A stretch of DNA of 64,000 bases. Origin: Raillietiella orientalis (Eukaryota). Shown here in pieces: positions 13,250 to 25,330 of this stretch. The position numbers were made by a program, and so were the translations under genes. Each line of letters begins with the position of its first letter. Within the stretch, counting starts at the first letter, position 1. The notes beneath the pieces were generated by a model. It was not told the DNA's origin. It was given only the letters and a program-made list of their open reading frames with translations, and ran no database searches. The stretch covers positions 1,736,001 to 1,800,000 of the forward strand of contig JAYWIR010000004.1 of assembly GCA_036172245.1 (NCBI GenBank), given 5' to 3'.

Positions 13250-13900
13250 CTTGCGACTTAGGGGCTGAGGGGGTTATTTGGATGCTTTCGGTCCTAGTAG
13301 GCGTTACCACCCCAACTTGTTCCCATTTGTAGGATCCATCACGGGACGATGTTTTGCTTTAGCCTTGTTCGCAAGCGCGCCATCCAAAACTCTAAAAAGT
13401 TCCCATTTTCGTTTCCCGGATTTTAGCTGCATCTTTGCCGCGATCAAGACTGCCCATTTAAATTCTTAGAATTCTCGAGAGTCCATCTGAAGGATGTGAC
13501 CCAAATGAACGATGGCATTTTCAGAAGATCCCAACCGCTGTTGAGAATTTCAAGTACTAAAGACAAGTTCTAAAGCTCTCTCGTCTCTTTCTTTCGCTTT
13601 CCTCCTATGAGGAAAATCATTTCGCACGTCACTCTAAAAGATCGTGCACCGTTCAGAACTTGTGTTCTTCCAACACGGCTTCTCACGCGTGTCAAGAACG
13701 CCTTCATGAGCTTTAACTCTTTCAAGGATGTCCGACTAATAGTGTGACCGTCTATCACTTCCTCACAGTTAGGTGGTGCGCCGTCCGTTTCCCATCGGCA
13801 TGCGGAGTATTTTATAGTGGTCCATAGCAATATATTACTCGCTTCAAGACTCGATGCAGATTGTTTATTTCGAAGGACGTGGAAATAGTTATCCAACAGT
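13250..13900 (-). mobile_element. Decayed LINE RT fossil with HLGH-type domain 7
   Basis: DNYFHVLRNKQSA (~YF.V.NGVKQG), SRTSLKEL, AIVHLGHILQMD, KIRET, GSYKWE (~YGS.LW). Confidence 0.45.
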
Positions 13901-14912
13901 TCTTCACGACAGGTTTATTGCTTCTGACCTTTACGGAAGAAAAAAAAAAACTTTTACTCGACTCATCCCTTCTTTTTTGTTTTTGTTTCTCTTTTTTTTT
14001 TTTGTTTGGATGGAGCTGCTTGGGTTGCTGTTTTTGGTCTTCATCTTATTCTGCACCGTCTTTTTCTTGCGAGGCATTTGCTATCGCAAAATGGCGTATC
14101 GAAGTTTGCATGTTCTATTAAGGCAGGGAATGCGGTCTCTGGGAAAACTCGTCTTGGCTTATTGTTCCGAGTTAATTGGATGTTTTCGCGGACTGCCGTT
14201 GTCGCTAATGAAATTATCGTCAGTTCTATGGCTTTTTGACAGCGATTTTTGACAGCGTTTCTGCTGAGGTAGCTGATCACACAGGAAGGGGGGGGTGAAA
14301 AAAAACGGCTCCTGGTTTCGAGTCGGATAAATCTGTATTGTAAAATCCCGAAAGCGCAAATTAAAGTCAAGCCAGTGAAAGCTGAGCTCCTGGCAAGCCT
14401 CCCCCACAAATAACAAATAAAACGTGCCTCCGCCTGCATGGCAATCCTTCCGACTCCCATGGGCAGCCGTCACGTAAGCATCAGATGAAAGTTGCCTGTG
14501 CATTTCTGCCACGGAGATAGCAAGCGAGTTGTTGCCGTTGCCTATGAACGTTTTTCACCTGAGACGTCCTGTTAAGAATTTCAAGACCGTCCGGTCAATT
14601 ATGCATGATTAATGAGCAAACGGTCAACGTTTCGAGATCGGACGCATCTTAATCGGGCTGCTCCGGCGTGTAAAAACGGGAGTGATTCCTCAAGGAGAGG
14701 AAAGTTCCGTCTTCTAGAACGGTTGCTCGAAACCCTGGGTGGAGTCCTGGACTCTTGTGGCTTCGGTGGTCCATCCGTCCGACGCGCATCCATCGTTTGG
14801 GCGTCGGGGATCCGGAAACGCGGAAGCGCACGTTTCGGACTCCACCTGAACTGCCCAAACAGAATTCATCCATTTCATCGAGGACCATGCAGAAACGCTC
14901 TTTGCGTTTCAG

Positions 14913-14913
14913 T

Positions 14914-14949
<36 letters not shown>

Positions 14950-14950
14950 T
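14913..14950. repeat. (TTTC)n microsatellite
   Basis: Read directly from the sequence. Confidence 0.95.
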
Positions 14951-16470
14951 TTCTTTCTTTCTTCTTTCCTTTTCGTTCCTTTCGCCTGCTTTCTCTTGGC
15001 ACTTCCTTTCAGCAAAATACTTACACTTACGTGCGGTTGCACAAAACGGAATCGGCCCCACGTTTGGTTCCACGCACTCCACGGCGTACGGCGCGTACGG
15101 AACGAAATGGGCAAACGCCGGCCCGAGAGCGATCCGCAGAGACGAGTGAATGCATCGAGACTGCCAGATCGTCTTTTGCAAGAACCATTTCATTGCAAGC
15201 AAAGTATGCAACCGGCAATAACTCATCTGATCCTTCTGAAGGATGGCATCACTTTTTTATGGCTGCCTTTCCTCTCCTTCTCTCTCTCTCTCTCTCCTTT
15301 TGATGCTCCCCTTTGTGTTGCGTTCGTACTATGTTACGTGAATGATCGTCTTCCCTCAATGGACGTCCAAGAGAATGCTTCCTCGATTCTTCTCACAGTT
15401 TAAAACGCCAGACAGGTGAATAAGGGACAGTATAACACACTAGCAATTTTGTTCTGGAGTAGCGGGGCCAAAGGATGGTACCACGAGCTTTCTCGAGTTC
15501 TCGATGGGGGAAGGGGGAGGGACACGCAGTCTCCGTTTCCGTCTCCGAAGGATTTTCGGATTGCTCCGTGCGCTTCCCGCCTCCGGGACGTGCAGGAACT
15601 GCGTGGGGGCCGTCCCGGAAAAACCCCGCGGTTTGAAAATCCCTCCGGCACGTGTTCGAGGAACAGAAAAATCAAGGCACACGGAAGCCTACGCGGGGAA
15701 GGTCTCTGGAGAAAGCTGTGGGCCCATTAGATTAAAGGCAGAGATGTGCTTCTTCTTAATTGCACGCTCGCAGGCCAGGCGTCTGCGATGCGCGCCACCA
15801 GGAAGCGCGTTCGGCATAGTGATAAAAACGCATCAAGACGTTCCCGAAAAACGTATCAAGCGTGATCAATTAGCGAAGAGGCGAGCGCAACGGTGCGCCG
15901 TGAACGAAAGCCGTGGTGCTCCCTTAAATCACTCTCCTCTGCAAGTCATCCTTAAATTAGAAAGTTATATAAAACGGCAGATTAAATCCTGCTCGGAGTC
16001 CAAAAACAACTCGTAATGGTCCCGGAAAGGCAGCGAGGAGCAGCAGCTTTCGCGAAGCCGTTTGGAGAGGAATTCCGTGGAATGAGATTCGGCGCACGAC
16101 AGGATCCAGGAGGAAGGGGGGGAGGGAGGGAGGATGCGTGCCGCCACGGAGGGAACGCGGGAGGGAAGTCTCGACCGGGCATATTTATGAACGGATGGGG
16201 AAACACCCGGCAGAATTTCGCCGAGATCGCACGTCTTGACTCCCCCGCCTGGCTCGGATCTCCGGGAGTCGGTGGTGGTGGACCGCGTGCTTTTCCGACG
16301 GTGCGTTCGTGCCGATCTGGACCGCTAGGAAGCGGAGTGCGTGCGCTGACGGGTTCAGCCGGGACCCGTCAGCCTCCTTGGGGCGCCAGTGACTCGATCT
16401 TCAGCGACACCTCCCGAGCTCCTTCTCGTCTTCGACTTGACCTCCCGCGACGCTGATGCAAATGAAGGAA

Positions 16471-16502
16471 AAGAAGAAGAAGAAGAAGAAGAAGAAGAAG
16501 AA
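16471..16502. repeat. (AAG)n microsatellite
   Basis: Read directly from the sequence. Confidence 0.95.
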
Positions 16503-19500
16503 AATGCATGCGGTCGATTGCAGTCCTTCTGCGGTGAACGTCCTGGCTGTTCGCTGTCGCTGCTGCTGCGGCGGCCCGTGTTTGGGGTGAGTGGGTGGCT
16601 GCCGCCTTTCCCTCCTCAATCGCGCACGTATCGCGTTACATGCTGGATAGCACGCAGCAGTTCCCGTCTGCCCGCACGCAGCGCGCATGCTTTTGAAACC
16701 TGGCCTCTGAACGAGTCGCGCTGCTTACAAATTAGCCGGAGACGGATCATCCTTGCACGCGGCGGGGACGCCATCTCTGATGCCGAAAAGAAAGGAAAAA
16801 GGACGCGCGCGTCAGCAGCGAGGGCGTAGGAAGCCGGGCGGGCGGGCGGATCACCCACGCGAGCGGTCAGCAAACGCGGGCAACGCCGCCCGCCCGCAGC
16901 CGAACTGCCCCGCTGACGGAAGCCCGCGCGTTCGAAATCGCTCCCGATTTCATCCAGAAAGTGAGAACGACCGAAACGCTGTTCCTGCGAATTTATGGGT
17001 TGAGCTTCCTAATTTATTGAGCGCCGAGCTCCCTTTCATCCGCTGAAGGAATTCGTCCTCGGCGCTCTCTGAGGTGCTGCGGACTTCCTCCCGGAGGCCT
17101 CCTTTATCTCCCGATCCGTTCCGTAAATCAAAATTTCGCAGCGGGAATATCCCTTTCGCCATGGAATTTTTCGCACGCGTATTTGGTGCATTCTCGGGAC
17201 GACGCGAGGCTTCTCCGTGGTCCGGCGGCTTCGCTTTCTGTTTCCAAAGCTCCGGAATCATCTTCGGAGCCACGGGAGAGCTCTTCTTAGGGAAGGGGGA
17301 AGAGGGGGGGGGGGGGGGGGGAAGGAAGGTGCAGAGAGCCAAGTGAACGATCGAATCTGAAAGCCGAACGCACTGCTTCTCGGGTGGAGCCATCTTTGAA
17401 TCGTCATTTTCTTTTTTTTTTTTCTTCGATGGGCCCCTCCGTTGGGATCTGGGATTCTGCTTGGGATTTCTCATCTTGTCCGCAGGCACCGTTGGCAGCT
17501 TTCGCAAGGCCGGTATTCTTCGAGTAGAGTGCGGCACCATGCTGATACTTGGGATGGAGTCGGAGGGAGCGTCTGGATCCCCCGTGGCATTTGGAGCCGA
17601 GCCGTAGAGGGGAAACCGCGTTCTCGGATGGCGAGCACCAGCGCCGCGCGGGAAGAAGGAGAAACCAGGACTTTCCGCAACACGGCTGCTCACAGAATCC
17701 GGGTCGCGGAGTCCGGCTGCTTGCAGAAATTCCCTTCGGAGGAAGACAGCCGCGCGGCGCATTCCACAGCCTCTTCTTCAACGCCTCTTTCCACACTTCT
17801 CCCTCCCTTCCTCTTCTTCTTTTGTTTTTTTTCTTGAATCGCTCTTTCTCTGCGGTTCCTCACGGACGGTTCGAGACAAAGTTGAGGTGGAGCCTCCGCA
17901 GCCTCTGTGTCCGGTGACTCGGGCTCTGTGTCCTGGGAAACGGAAGAGACCTTTGTCTGACAGGCGCGGCAACCCAAACGATGGACCGCAGTCAAGAATA
18001 CGACTCTCGGCATCACCAGCCGTGACGTCAACTAGCCGAACGCGGAAGGCTGGCTGCCTTCCTGTGCTGGGCTTCACAGACTCCCCGCCCCAGAAACGAA
18101 AGCATCTTCCTGAATCAGGACGATGCTTTTCGTTTCATCACTCCTGGGAACTCGCAGGTGAACACCTCCCGTTCCTCCTCCCCCTCCCCGCTCCGCTTCT
18201 TCGGATTGGTGGACTTTCCAAAAAAAAAAACAGGATTCGGGAACGCTAGATGAAAGGAGGGCGATGTTTTCTCCGCTTCGTGATGGTGAAACCCCGGCGG
18301 ACCGACAGCAGGAAGGAAGAAACTTCTTTATGAAAAGGGAAAAGAAAGAGTGCGTTTCGCTGTGGTTCTGGAGAGAGATCGAACGGAGTTTCCTGAAGTC
18401 GCTTAGCAACATCTTTTTGCTTTCTGCCTTTTTCTCTCTCTTTCTCTCTCCTTCTTCCCGAGTGTCGGAAGAAATGGCCTGTCGAATTGAGAGCATTCTC
18501 TCAGCGCGCCTGTTCCTCCTGCGCGTGGTTTTTTTTTTTTTTTTTTTTTTTTTGGAGGGATTCCTTCTCCTTCCCGCACCGTTCCTTTCATTGCGCGGCT
18601 CGCTTAGCTGCACGACCATTCACCTCCTCTCCGTTTGTAAATTCCCTGTCGCTGGGACTTTCAATGTCTCTTTGAGGTGACGACCATCATCCGTTTCGAC
18701 CGGCGCAGTCCATCCCTGACAGCCCAGGGCACGCTTTTCTTCTTAATCGTTTTCGCGCTGTTTGCTCCTGCCTTTTGATCCCGGTTTGATTTCAAACTGC
18801 TGTCTCCCGGCAGAGTCTGCTTCCCATTGAGCCTTTTTTTTTTTCTTTTCCTCTCTTTTTTTCGGGTCTCTTTTTGTCCGGGCTCGAAGGGTCTTCCTGT
18901 TGTGCTCGCGGTTCACGCAAGCATGGTCTTCCCGTTTATTGTGCAACAATGATAATTTGTCTTTCCCTGTTATCTCGCTGACTAAACTTCTGAGGAGTTT
19001 CGGGATCCCCCTTTCACCGGAAACTGAGACCAGCAGCAGCTTCAAACCGAACCCGGAACCCAGCAAGGACTGCTGCCTCTCTCGCAACCCTTCGCGAGAT
19101 CTTGGCGCGTTCCCCCCTCCCCCAGCGCTAGCGGCGTCCCTCTTCTCGTTCCTTCCTAAGACATCCGACTGCGTCGCTTCTTCTACGTCTCCAAGTTTTC
19201 CCCGTTCGGAGCCAAGACGTCAGCCGCCGCCGCCTTAGGAACGGAGCCCGCGCGTTTCCTGCCCGGCCTGCCCCGAGCTTCCGAGGTCAGTCTTGGAGAT
19301 GGCAGCGCTCTTTTCTCACGTCGCGACTCAACTGACGCGCCCGACCCACCCCGTCTCCCCGCCGATTCGCAGGGAGGTCACCCTCCTCCATGCCCACGAT
19401 AAGCGGTGCACGCACTGAGCCGCATCGCCCCTCTCACGAGCACACAACTCCGGGAAGGTTCGGCCTCTGGCGCCTGCGCAACAACTTCGTTCCCGGCTCC

Positions 19501-19949
19501 CCCCAGCGCGTATGCTCTTTCTTCGATAGTGGCTGCGGATTCGCAAGGACGGGCTTCTTGGGTGTCATCCACGTATGCCTTCCGGCTCCCAAAAGGAAGG
19601 TCAGCGGGACCACCGTATGGGGGCAGAACAAGGGAAAGCTGGGCGAAGAACGATCGGCAATGCTGGAAGGGCGGAGAAGAATGGACAAACAGAGGCAGGG
19701 GCAAGGAGAAAGTTGCTCCCTAACGAGGCAGTAGGAATGAATCCTAGGAAGAAGCGGGGCCCGTCTTAAGCAAAGAGTCCCTCGATTAGAACCTTCCATC
19801 TTCTGGACTTCTTCTTAGGTTCCTAGGGGATCGCGCCAACCTTCCTTTCCTCCTCCCGGAGCCGCCGCCAGGAGGCTCTTGCGCAGCGTGCAGGGTCGAT
19901 CAGGAGCAGAACTCAGAGTCCTCTCTGAAACCCCGAGAGTCCCGGAGCC

Positions 19950-20600
19950 TGCCGTACCATCCAGAGCTGATCCCTCGCCTTCCAAGAGCACGGCAGCTTC
20001 TTCCCTTCCGGTTCAACCTCCTCCCTCTGGAATGCAAGAGCGTGGCCGCGAGCGACCAACTTCGCAAGGATTTGTTGCTGCGACCAGGAGCGGTCGCCGA
20101 GAGACGTCTCTAAGGAATTTGCGGCCGAGTCTTCCCTGGTGGGAAGTTGCGTGGGCATCTCTCTCTCCTTTCCGGCTACCTTGGCAACCACGAGCGTGAA
20201 TTTCGGAAGCACGCAGCAGGCACCGCATGCACTGGCGCCTCACCATCGCTACGAGAAAAGATGGAAAAATGCCTGGAGTGGACGGGCGGTGCCCATTCTT
20301 GTAAGGGTCCGTCTGAACGGCAGCAGAAGCTGCCCGGGGTTCCCAGACGAATTACCAGAGCGCTGCCCACAGCAGCCGGGAAGCCGGCCCTTCCTTCCCC
20401 GCCCGCGCTCAGAAAACTTCCATCCCTGCATCACCCCGCGTTGAACTGCAGGGTTTCGCACACTCTCTCCCGGAACGCGCCACCCTGCAATGCCCCATCC
20501 TCCTCACCTCTTCGCCCCTCGCCTCTGAACTCCTTCGAGTGGAGTCTCCAGAGGCAGGCAGCCCTAAGCCGGAGTCTCTTCCGAATCCGCTCCAGGAGTT
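19950..20600 (+). mobile_element. Decayed LINE RT fossil (L1/Tx1-like)
   Basis: QGFVAATRS..RNLR (~QTGFV.GR..DNIR), SVNF, VRVRLNGSRS..F..RCPQ..SRPFL (~RVRING..S..F...GCPQG.PLSPLL), LQCPILL. Confidence 0.4.
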
Positions 20601-21379
20601 CCTCGCCCACGTGCCTGCTGCTCCCTCGTACCCCGGCACCTTCGCGCGCGTACAGAGCGGCGGGCGGGCGGACGCGGTCCCTTACTTCGTCCGGCAAGCG
20701 GAACACCAAAGACCCAGGACGCGAAGAGGGCAACTACGTGCCCTCTTTGCGTTCCCGTCCTCCCAGGCATTGCGGAAGAGCACGGCTCTCGTTCCTCTGT
20801 GTCCACGAGGACATCCCCGCCCTCTTCTCGTAACCTTGGTCTTTGCGCGCGCACCCGCCTTTGCACCCGCCACCGTGTTCCCTCGGAAGGATCCCCCTCG
20901 ATTGACTTCCTCTCTTCCATGCAGCCAGGAATTACTCGCCTCGCAGGGACGCCTCGGAGCAGCTCCAAGAGACGCTTTTTTCTCCTCCCTCGCTTTCCTC
21001 TTCTTCTTCCCCGTTCCCCTCATCTCCATTCTCTTCACCTTCTTTTCCTCCTCCTTCCTCCTCAACTTCATCATTTTCTCCCTCCTTTCTCCCTGCTCGC
21101 GCTTCTCTGTCTCGATCAGGGAGCCGGCAACGCCCTTGTTCCCCCTCCCCTCGTGCCCACCGCCGACGGCGTGTGTCAAAAAGGCGTTGCGAGGCAACGC
21201 GAGGAGAGGGAAGGACAAGAGGGGGGAGTGGTCGCGAACCAGAGAGCGCACGACCTCATCGCCTTCCCGCGCTCCCACTGGGAGATAGTCCACCTCGAAT
21301 GTATCTTCCTCCCTCTCCGAAGCCCTTCTTCGCCTCTCCCTCCGCCACCGCACGCGCACCCGCTACCCTCAGCCGGCCT

Positions 21380-22450
21380 GCCGGTTCTTCTTCCCTGGAC
21401 GGGAACCCTGGCTCGAGTGAGGGACATTCCCCACAGCATTCCTCCTCCCCCCCCCCTCATCCCGAATGGCGTGGGTCTCCCGCTCAGCGCAGGACAGTCG
21501 TCGGCGCGCGGAAGGGAGATGTCGCTGGCGTGCCCCCCCCTTCCCCCCCCCTTACCTCCTCCCGCGGCGTGACCGGAATTCTTGTCGGCCGAGCGGCTTG
21601 CCGCGCATTTTGGTAAGTCCGACGGCCGACGGCCCTCTGCAGTCCCTCCCTCCTTCCTCCTCCTCCCGCGGGTCGAAGGTCGTCTTCAAGGGGGCGAGGC
21701 ACAGCCTCCGTCGGCCCTTCCCACTGCACGCGCGTGCCCTCTGGAGCATGGAGGGGAGACTGACCGGGTTTCCGAAGCATCTCCGAAGGGGTCGCAGACC
21801 CCGCAGATGGGTGCTGATAAACACCGGGAGAGTTTCGGGAAGCAGCCGTCCCTGATCGGGACCAAGGAGAGGCTTTCCCAACGGGAAAAAAAAAGCCGCC
21901 GGGATCCTCCCGGAAACCAGGCATAGGAGAGCAGCTCCGGGAGGAAAGAGGGGAAGGGAAAATTTCGTGTAGAGAAGATCAGAGAGCCATATGACCTCGT
22001 TTCAGATTTCCCCCTCTCCCCTGCCTCCTGTATGGGGGCGCGCACTCCCTTGTCCAGGAGAACAAGGTCGGAGAAGGGGAGGACAGGAGAGAAGGGAGAT
22101 CTTGTGATGGCGGTGGGCTGAGAAGTGTCTTGCTCCGAGCTTCTCACCCTAACATGGTCCCTTTCTCCTCTCTTCCTTTTCTTCTCCTCCACCCGTCGCA
22201 CCCCCTGACCAATACCACCTTTCCACCCCGCGAATGGCACGGGCCCACGGGTCTCCCGGAGAAAGAGCGCCCCCGGCGCAGCTGCCGTGACGAGGCGCAT
22301 TCCTCGGGCTCCGCCTCCAGGATCGGCCGTTCGGCGGCGCGCGCTTCTCAAGAGGGGCAAGCCGCCCTTCCCGAGGACGATTCCGTCGGAAGAGGGACGC
22401 CTCTAGCCTGCCCTTCGCGGGCATCGGGAGTTCGGAAGGAGCGGCGAGTC
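21380..22450 (+). mobile_element. Decayed LINE RT fossil
   Basis: PWTGTL, NSCRP/AHFGK, FKGAR, FPKHLRRG..W, FPLSP, GDLVM, AFLGLRLQDRPF (~FLGL.LD.RL.F). Confidence 0.45.
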
Positions 22451-23759
22451 GCCGCCCGAAAGGACCCTTCGGGGCTTCGCTGCCGCCGCCTTCCCGATTT
22501 CCCGAGGAACCTGAACTCCGAGAGGGCAGGACCTTGAGCTAGGATGCGGGCTCAGCTTTTCCGGAGGGAGACTGTGGGGAAGGGTGGGGAGTAGGGAGGG
22601 GGTAGCGACGGACAGGAAGAGGAACCGCGCTACCTCGTGATGATGGCGAGGAGGAGGAGGAGAGCGCACGAGACGACGTGCAGCGGGCGGCGATGGCCCT
22701 GGCCCGCGGGAACCGGTCGGCCAGCAGCCTCCTCCCTCCTTACCGATCCGATTCGCCGGGAGACTAACGGACAGGGAGTGACCATCCCCCGAGAGGACCA
22801 GGAAGATCCGCTACCGCCCGCTCCTCGCTCGCTTCGCCTGCGTCCCACGCTACCCCTGCTGAGAAGGCAGCAGCGTCTCCCGTAGGGGGTCCGCACCGCG
22901 AAGCGCGACGGGAGGAAGGGGTAAGGAGCAGGAAAGCAAAAGCTCCTAGTGACTTCCGGTTTCGCAGGTCCCGTTCCTCGAGTTTTCTATTCCAGTAGGC
23001 GTTGCCTCTCGTGGCTGCCCGCCCTTTCTCTGAAGGTGAACGCGTGCTTGCCGGGTGAGGGGTTCCCTCCCGAGCCCGAGAAGAAGTCCTTCAAACATTC
23101 CTGGAAGAGCTGCTTTCGACACGCGAAGAGCGGTCCTTTCCCGCCTCTTCCTTTCCTCCGGTCTCTCTGATAGCCAGCCTCGTCCCCGCCTCCCTTTCAC
23201 CCCTCTTCTTTCATTTCTTCCCGTTCTTTGTCCCTGACAGGCGCGTCGTTTCGGGTCACGGGTCATCCAAACTGCTCCTGTCTCTCACAGGAGTGCCTCG
23301 GGCGTTCTTAAATGCAAAGGCAGGGAGCGTCTCTTCCCAGATCCATCTTCCTCCCCACCCTCTGCCCGAGCCCTCAGCAGCCCCCTTCGGAGCTTCCGTG
23401 GTTCTCCAGCAGGGGGACGAGCAGCTCACTCGGCCGCTCCACAGGCGCAGTATTCTGTGCAGAAGTGCGAGATCCCTTCCCTGCTCCAGGCAGTCCTCGA
23501 GCTCAGCCCCCTGTCCTCCCACCGCCCACTTCTGTCATCCCAGAGAGCCCTTCCGATCCGAAGGAGCCGGGGATGAGAGGGCAGGTGAGGTGCAAAGGAC
23601 CGGAAGCGAGGAAGAGGCGTGAGCACGCTCCCGACTGAGGGGGAAACTGGGATCGGACCCGTCTCTCCTTCCTCCCCCCCGCGTGGGGAGGAGTCCATGT
23701 CCCCACCCAGCTAACCCTCCTACACCATCCTTGCTCGTTACGACAGGGAGACCCCGCCC

Positions 23760-25330
23760 CACTTTTGGCTTCCCCTTTCAGGAGCTTCCGAGGTCGATCT
23801 CCATTCGCACCCCCTTTCCTCTCCTTCTCATGCTGATCACCGTCCTGCCTCCCACCGCACACCCATGCACCATGCCCTCGCGAGCTATTTCGGAAATGCT
23901 CCTCCGCAGTACCACGCGAGATGCTTTGAGGTGTCCACTGTCCTCCCTTTGGAATTCGCCCCGGATTCCCCCACCCCCCAGTCCTTCCTTCGCCGCGCGA
24001 TCTTTCAGACGCTGTTCCTTGCTGCCCTTCCTTGCTGCTCCGCCCGCCTCCCGGAGGTGCTCCGAGGTGCGGAGCGCTTTCTTGAGCACTCTTGCTTCCA
24101 TGGGTGGAAGAGCGTGGCGAGAAATCACGTTCGCACCGAGGGAGGAACCGCTACAGATTGCCCCGGGCTCTGCGGAGCAGACTCCAAAGCGAGAACCCCT
24201 CTGCCTTGTCCTCGAGGGAGGGCCGGGAGGGAGGGGGCGGGGCTCCCGATCTCTTTCCGGTCGCGTTCCTCTCAGCACCCCTCGGTGGCAGCCGATAGCC
24301 GCCCCGCGACGTTTCCGGAGACGCCGTACGAGCGCGCGCCCTCTAGGCGGAGTCCACGCTTGCTCGCGGACGGAAGGTCACACTCTCCGGTCCTTTCGGC
24401 AGTCCGTCCTGCCCCGGGGGCAGCGGGAGACGGGTCGATCTCCTTCCACGCGGAAGGCGAGCATCCCTCGACCCTCGCCCCGCAGCCATCAGGGTTCGGC
24501 GCTCCCGGCAGGGACCTCCAGCCTCCGCCACGCCCTCCACCCGCTGAAGACCGACCCTTCCGAAGACGCGGCTCGCTCCTTCCGGCTGGGGCGCTGCGAC
24601 CTCTTCGGCTTCCTCCTGACCTTGGCGGTGTGGACCGGACTGCGTACCGATGCCGAGGGGACGAGGCGAGTAGTTGCTGCTGCCCCGAACGTCGGTGTGT
24701 CTGGAAGTCTTCATGGAACTCCAGCGAACCCGGGCCACCTTCTCCCAAGCTCACCCTCGACTACTCCAAGCGGGCAGATGACCGGACTCTGCCCTCCCGA
24801 ACCGACGAGATTTGATTCGTCTGACTTCTTCGGACCGTGAGGATCACAGTATTCCCTCCCCCTTCCCATTTCTTCGTAAGCGGAAGTTGCAACCCTGAAG
24901 CAGGTCGCCGATGAGTAGGAAAGTTGGCGCTGCTGTTGGGGGGGAAGGCCGGACGCGGATTCGAGGTAGCAGGCGCTGGGGCTTCCACTTCTCTGCCCGA
25001 GCCAGCTCGAAGCGTCTCCAAGAGGGACTGATCGGAGCGCGCCTTCTCCTATTACTGCCCCTGGTCACTCCGCGTCCGGACTGGCCCTCGATGATAGCCA
25101 TGCCGTTTCCTGACCCACGCCGCCTCCATTTTCTCTCACTCGAGAAGAAGCGGATCCCTGGAGATCCGTTCGCACCCTGCAGCGGACGCCCTTCCCACCT
25201 CCCATCACCCCCATCCCCCCGCTTCGCATGACCCCACTTCTCCGTCCCTGCCGCCTTGATCCCGAGCTCGCGGAATTTTCCTTAGGGTTGGGCGGCTTCC
25301 GCACGCTGCTATCCTCAAGCGGTGTCGGAC
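23760..25330 (+). mobile_element. Decayed LINE RT fossil (I-clade-like)
   Basis: PFQELPRSI, ISEMLL, LSSLWNSPRIP, STLASMGG, SAEQ, YERA, HQGSALP, CDLF..LAVWT (~CSLYADDLAIWT), WGFHFS, LHFLSL, GWAAS. Confidence 0.55.
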
